Shown here: one piece after another, positions 57,401-64,000 of the stretch
Numbering within the stretch: the stretch's first letter is position 1
Layout of the letters: each line of letters begins with the position of its first letter
Assembly (NCBI GenBank): GCA_964016885.1
Contig: OZ024740.1
Coordinates: 317,626,001 to 317,690,000 of the forward strand
Length of the DNA stretch: 64,000 nt
Source of the DNA: Eledone cirrhosa
Lineage: Eukaryota
Reading direction: 5' to 3'
Program-made: the position numbers and the translations under genes
The notes under the pieces: model-generated
What the model was told of the DNA's origin: nothing
The model's input: only the letters and a program-made list of their open reading frames with translations
The model's database searches: none

Positions 57401-60400
57401 CCAAGCTATAGACCACTCCAGACCACCAATATATACACCACTCCAGACCTCCAATCTATAAACCACTCCAGAGAACCAATCTATACACCACACCAGACCT
57501 CCAATCTATACACCACTCCAGACCTCCAATGTATACACGACTCCAGACCACCAATCTATACACCACTCCAGATATCCAATCTATACACCACTCCAGGCCT
57601 CCAATCTCTACACCACTCCAGGCCTCTAATCTATTCACCATTCCAGACCGCTAATCTATACACCACTCCAGACCACCAAACTATACACCACTCCAGGCCT
57701 CCAATCTATACACCACTCCAGACCACCAATCTACACACCACTCCAGACCGCCAAACTATACACCACTCCAGACCACCAATCTATACACCACTTCAGACCA
57801 CCAATCTATACACCACTCCAGACCACCAATCTATACACCACTCAAGACCACCAAACTAAACACCACTGCAGCCCTCCAATCTATATGCCACTCCAGACCT
57901 CCAGTCTATACACGACTCCAGACCACCAATCTATACACCATTCCAGACCGCCAATCTATACACCACTCCAGACTTACAGTCTATACACCACTCCAGACTT
58001 CAAATCTATACACCACTCCAGACTGCCAATCTATACACCACTCCAGACTTACAGTCTATACACCACTCCAGACTTCAAATCTATACACCACTCCAGACCT
58101 CCAATCTATACACCACTCCAGAGCTCCAATCTATACACCAGTCCAGACCACCAAGGTATACACCACTTCAGACCTCCAATCTATACACCACTCCAGACCT
58201 CAAATCTATACACCACTCCAGACCTCCAATCTATACACCACTCGAGACTTTCAATCTATACACCACTCCAAACCACCAACCTATACACCATTCCAGGCTC
58301 CAATCTATACACCACACCAGACCTCCAATCTATACACCATTCCAGACCTCCAATCTATATACCACTCCAGACCAGCAATCTATACACCACACCAGACCTC
58401 CAATCTATACACCACTCGAGACCTCCAAGATATAAACCACTTCAGGCCTCCAATCTATACACCACACCAGACCTCAAATCTATTCACAATTCCAGACCGC
58501 CTATCTATACACCACTCCAGACCACCAATCTATACGCCACTCCAGGCCTCCAATCTATACACCACTCCAGATCACCAATCTGTACACCACTCCAGACCAC
58601 CAATCTATACACCACTACAGGCCTCCAATCTATACACCACTCCAGACCACCAATCTATACACCACTCCAGACCACCAATCTATACACCACTCCAGACCTC
58701 CAATCTATACACCACTCCAGACCGCCAATCTATGCACCACTCCAGACCACTAATCTATACACCACTCTAGACAATCAATCTATACACCACTCCAGACCTC
58801 CAATCTATACACCACTCCAGGCCTCCAATCTATACACCACTCCAGATTTCAAAACTATACACCACTCCAGACGTCCAATCTATACACCACTCCAGACTTC
58901 CAATCTATACACCACTCCAGACTTCCAATATATACATCACTCCAGAGCACCAATCTATACACCACTCCAAACTTCCAATCTATACACCACTCCAGACCTC
59001 CAAGCTATAAACCACAAAAGAGCACCAATCTATACACCACTCCAGACCTCCAATCTATACACCACGCCAGACCTCCAAGCTATAAACCACTCCAGACCAC
59101 CAATATATACACCACTCCAGACCTCCAATCTATAAACCACTCCAGAGAACCAATCTATACACCACTCCAGACCTCCAATCTATAGACCACTCCAGACCTC
59201 CAATGTATACACAACTCCAGACCACCAATCTATACACCACTCCAGGCCTCCAATCTCTACACCACTCCAGACCTCTAATCTATTCACCATTCCAGACCGC
59301 TAATCTATACACCACTCCAGACCACCAGTCTATACACCACTCCAGGCCTCCAATCTATACACCACTCCAGACCACCAATCTATACACCACTCCAGACCAC
59401 CAATCTGTACACCAATCCAGCCCTCCAATCTATACACCACTCCAGACCACCAATCTATACACCACTCCAGACCACCAATCTATACACCACTTCAGACCAC
59501 CAATCTATATACCACTCCAGACTACCAATCTATACACGACTCCAGACCACCAATCTATACACCACTCCAGACCTCCAATGTATACACGACTCCAGACCAC
59601 CAATCTATACACCACTCCAGATATCCAATCTATACACCACTCCAGACCTCCAATCTCTACACCACTCCAGACCTCTTATCTATTCACCATTCCAGACCGC
59701 CAATCTATACACCACTCCAGACTTTCAGTCTATACACCACTCCAGACTTCCAATCTATACACCACTCCAGACTTCCAATCTATACACCACTCCAGATTTC
59801 CAATATATGCACCACTCCAGAGCACCAATCTATACACCACTTCCAACTTCCAATCTATACACCACTCCAGACCTCCAATCTTTACACCACTCCAAACTTC
59901 CAATCTATACACCAATCCAGACCTCGAATCTATACACCACTTCAGAGCTCCAATCTATACACCACACCAGACCTCCAATCTATACACCTCTCCAGAGCAC
60001 AAATCTATACACCACTCCCGACCTCCAATCTATACAAGACTCCAGACAACCAATCTATACACCACTCCACGCCTTCAATCTATACACCACTCCAGACCAC
60101 CAATCTATAAACCACTCCAGATATCCAATCTATGCACCACCTCAGACTTCCAATCTATACACCACTCCAGATTTCCAATATATACACCACTCCAGAGCAC
60201 CAATCTATACACCACTTCCAACTTCCAATCTATACACCACTCCAGACCTCCAATCTTTACACCACTCCAAACTTCCAATCTATACACCAATCCAGAGGTC
60301 CAATCTATACACCACTTCAGACCTCCAATCTATACACCACTCCAAACCACAATTCTATACACCACTCTAGACTACCAATCTATACACCACTCCAGACCTC

Positions 60401-63400
60401 CAATCTATACACCACTCGAGACTTCCAATCTATACACCACTGCAGACCACCAATCTATACACCACTCCAGACCTCCAATCTATACACAACTCCAGACTTC
60501 CAATCTATACACCACCCCAAACTTCCAATCTATACACCACTCCAGACCTCCAAGCTATACAACACTCTAGACCACCAATCTATACACCACTCCAGACCTC
60601 CAATCCATACACCACTCCAGACCTCCAAACTATACACCACTCCAGACTTACAATCTATACACCACTCCAGACTTCCAATCTATACACCATTCCAGACCAC
60701 CAACCTATACACCTCTCTAGACCTCCAATCTATACACCACTCCAGACCTCCAAGCTATAAACCACTCCAGACCACCAATCTATACACCACTCCAGGCCTC
60801 CAATCAATACACGAGTCCAGACAACCAATCTATACACCACACCAGATCACCAATCTATACACCACTCCAGTCCTCCAATATATACACGACTCCAGACCTC
60901 CAATCTATACACCAATCCAGACTTCCAGTTTATACACCACTCCAGGCCTCCAATCTATACACCACTCCAGACTTCCAATCTATACACCACTCCAGACCTC
61001 AAATCTATTCACCATTCCAGACCACCAATCTATACACCACTCCAGACCTCCAATCTATACACCACTCCAGACTTCCAATCTATACACGAATCCAGACATC
61101 CAATCTATACACCACTCCAGACCACCAACCTATACACCACTCCAGACCTCCAATCTATACACCACTCTAGACCTCCAATCTATACACCATTCCAGACATC
61201 CAATCTATACACCATTCCAGACTTCCAGTCTATACACCACTCCAGAGCTCCAATCTATACACCACTCCAGATCTGAAATCTATACACCACTCTAGACTTC
61301 CCATCTATACACCACTCGAGACCACCAATCTATACACCACTCCAGACCTCCAAGCTATAAACCACTCCAGACCACCAATATATACACCTCTCCAGACCTC
61401 CAATCTATAAACGACTCCACACAACCAATCTATACACGACTCCAGACCTCCCATCTATACGCCACTCCAGACCTCCAATGTATGCACGACTCCAGACCAC
61501 CAATCTATACACCACTCTAGACCTCCAATCTCTACAACACTCCAGACCTCTAATCTATTCACCACTCCAGACCTCTAATCTATTCACCATTCCAGACCGC
61601 CAATCTATACAACACTCCAGACTTTCAGTCTATACGCCACTCCAGACCTCCAATATATACCCCACTCCAGAGCACCAATCTATACACCACTCCATACTTC
61701 CAATCTATACACCACTCCAGACCTCCAATCTTTACACCACTCCAAACTTCCAATCTATACACCAATCCAGACCTCCAATCTATACACCACTTCAGAGCTC
61801 CAATCTATACACCACTCCAGACCTCCAATCTATACACCACTTCAGAGCACCTATCTATACACCACTCCAGACCTCCAATCTATACAAGACTCCAGACAAT
61901 CAATCTATACACCACTCCAGACCTCCAATCTATACACCACTCCAGGCCTCCAATCTATACACCACTCCAGACTTCAAATCTATATACCACTCCAGACATC
62001 CAATCTATACACCACTCCAGGCCTCCAATCTATACACCACTCCAGACTTCAAATCTATATACCACTCCAGACGTCCAATCTATACACCACTCCAGACTTA
62101 CAATCTATACACCACTACAGACATCCAATCTATACACCACTCCAGATTTCTAATATATACACCACTCCAGAGTACCAATCTATACACCACTCCAAACTTC
62201 CAATCTATACACCACTCCAGACCTCCAATCTATACACCACTCCAGACTTCCAATCTATACACCACTCCAGACCACCATTATATACACCACTCCAGACCTC
62301 CAATCTATACACCACTCTAGACCACCAATCTATACACCACTCTAGACAATCAATCTATACACCACTCCAGACCTCCAATCTATACACCACTCCAAACCTC
62401 CAAGCTATAGACCACTCCAGACCACCAATATATACACCACTCCAGACCTCCAATCTATAAACCACTCCAGAGAACCAATCTATACACCACTCCAGACCTC
62501 CAATCTATACACCACTCCAGACCTCCAATGTATACACGACTCCAGACCACCAATCTATACACCACTCCAGATATCCAATCTATACACCACTCCAGGCCTC
62601 CAATCTCTACACCACTCCAGGCCTCTAATCTATTCACCATTCCAGACCGCTAATCTATACACCACTCCAGACCACCAAACTATACACCACTCCAGGCCTC
62701 CAATCTATACACCACTCCAGACCACCAATCTACACACCACTCCAGACCGCCAATCTATACACCACTCCAGACCACCAATCTATACACCACTTCAGACCAC
62801 CAATCTATACACCACTCCAGACCACCAATCTATACACCACTCAAGACCACCAAACTAAACACCACTGCAGCCCTCCAATCTATATGCCACTCCAGACCTC
62901 CAGTCTATACACGACTCCAGACCACCAATCTATACACCATTCCAGACCGCCAATCTATACAAGACTCCAGACAACCAATCTATACACCATTCCAGACCTC
63001 CAATCTATACACCACTCCAGACTTCCAATCTATACACCACTCCAGACCACCATTATATACACCACTCCAGACCTCCAATCTATACACCACTGCAGACCAC
63101 CAATCTATACACCACTCTAGACAATCAATCTATACACCACTCCAGACCTCCAATCTATACACCACTCCAAACCTCCAAGCTATAGACCACTCCAGACCAC
63201 CAATATATACACCACTCCAGACCTCCAATCTATAAACCACTCCAGAGAACCAATCTATACACCACACCAGACCTCCAATCTATACACCACTCCAGACCTC
63301 CAATGTATACACGACTCCAGACCACCAATCTATACACCACTCCAGATATCCAATCTATACACCACTCCAGGCCTCCAATCTCTACACCACTCCAGGCCTC

Positions 63401-64000
63401 TAATCTATTCACCATTCCAGACCGCTAATCTATACACCACTCCAGACCACCAAACTATACACCACTCCAGGCCTCCAATCTATACACCACTCCAGACCAC
63501 CAATCTACACACCACTCCAGACCGCCAAACTATACACCACTCCAGACCACCAATCTATACACCACTTCAGACCACCAATCTATACACCACTCCAGACCAC
63601 CAATCTATACACCACTCAAGACCACCAAACTAAACACCACTGCAGCCCTCCAATCTATATGCCACTCCAGACCTCCAGTCTATACACGACTCCAGACCAC
63701 CAATCTATACACCATTCCAGACCGCCAATCTATACACCACTCCAGACTTACAGTCAATACACCACTCCAGACTTCAAATCTATACACCACTCCAGACTGC
63801 CAATCTATACACCACTCCAGACTTACAGTCTATACACCACTCCAGACTTCAAATCTATACACCACTCCAGACCTCCAATCTATACACCACTCCAGAGCTC
63901 CAATCTATACACCAGTCCAGACCACCAAGGTATACACCACTTCAGACCTCCAATCTATACACCACTCCAGACCTCAAATCTATACACCACTCCAGACCTC
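21403..64000 (+). repeat. 25-bp satellite array with nested higher-order repeats (runs off window end)
   Basis: Consensus CCAATCTATACACCACTCCAGACC(A/T) head-to-tail over 42.6 kb (~1,700 monomers), single orientation, no foreign insertions seen. Confidence 0.99.

Noticed and set aside
23314-63415. Satellite ORFs as mucin/extensin-like genes or a 61-aa multigene family
   Set aside because: They are translations of the 25-bp repeat; starts and stops are sporadic monomer variants and all frames give the same peptide
21403-64000. CRISPR array
   Set aside because: Monomers are directly adjacent with no unique spacers, there are no cas genes, and the context is eukaryotic
21403-64000. Telomerase-made telomere (25-bp G/C-skewed unit with GGTGTA resembles budding-yeast telomeric repeats)
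   Set aside because: The C-rich strand runs 5'->3' away from the flank, opposite to telomere polarity; inherited variant HORs indicate recombination, not templated synthesis

Overview
Eukaryotic, repeat-saturated DNA with no recognisable host protein-coding gene. The SINE and long (TA)n tracts suggest an octopod cephalopod (inference). Bases 1-21.4 kb are a nest of retroelements in and between microsatellites: a tRNA-derived SINE with a 17-bp TSD, three decayed L1/Tx1-clade LINEs (one near full length), two Penelope-like elements of different clades (GIY-YIG, one Naiad-like), several hammerhead-ribozyme-like cores, the 3' end of an R4/Dong-like LINE that shares its tail with the SINE, and two MITE-like elements. 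From ~21,403 to the window end is an uninterrupted, strand-asymmetric 25-bp satellite (CCAATCTATACACCACTCCAGACC[A/T], ~1,700 monomers) with nested higher-order duplications (offsets 175-7,747 bp). The many ORFs in the satellite and the IY-repeat ORFs are repeat artefacts. The best leads are the SINE/R4-Dong shared tail, Tx1 copies in (ATT)n and (ATCT)n, the ribozyme-like cores, and the satellite architecture. All family assignments come from motif recognition by eye, not from searches.
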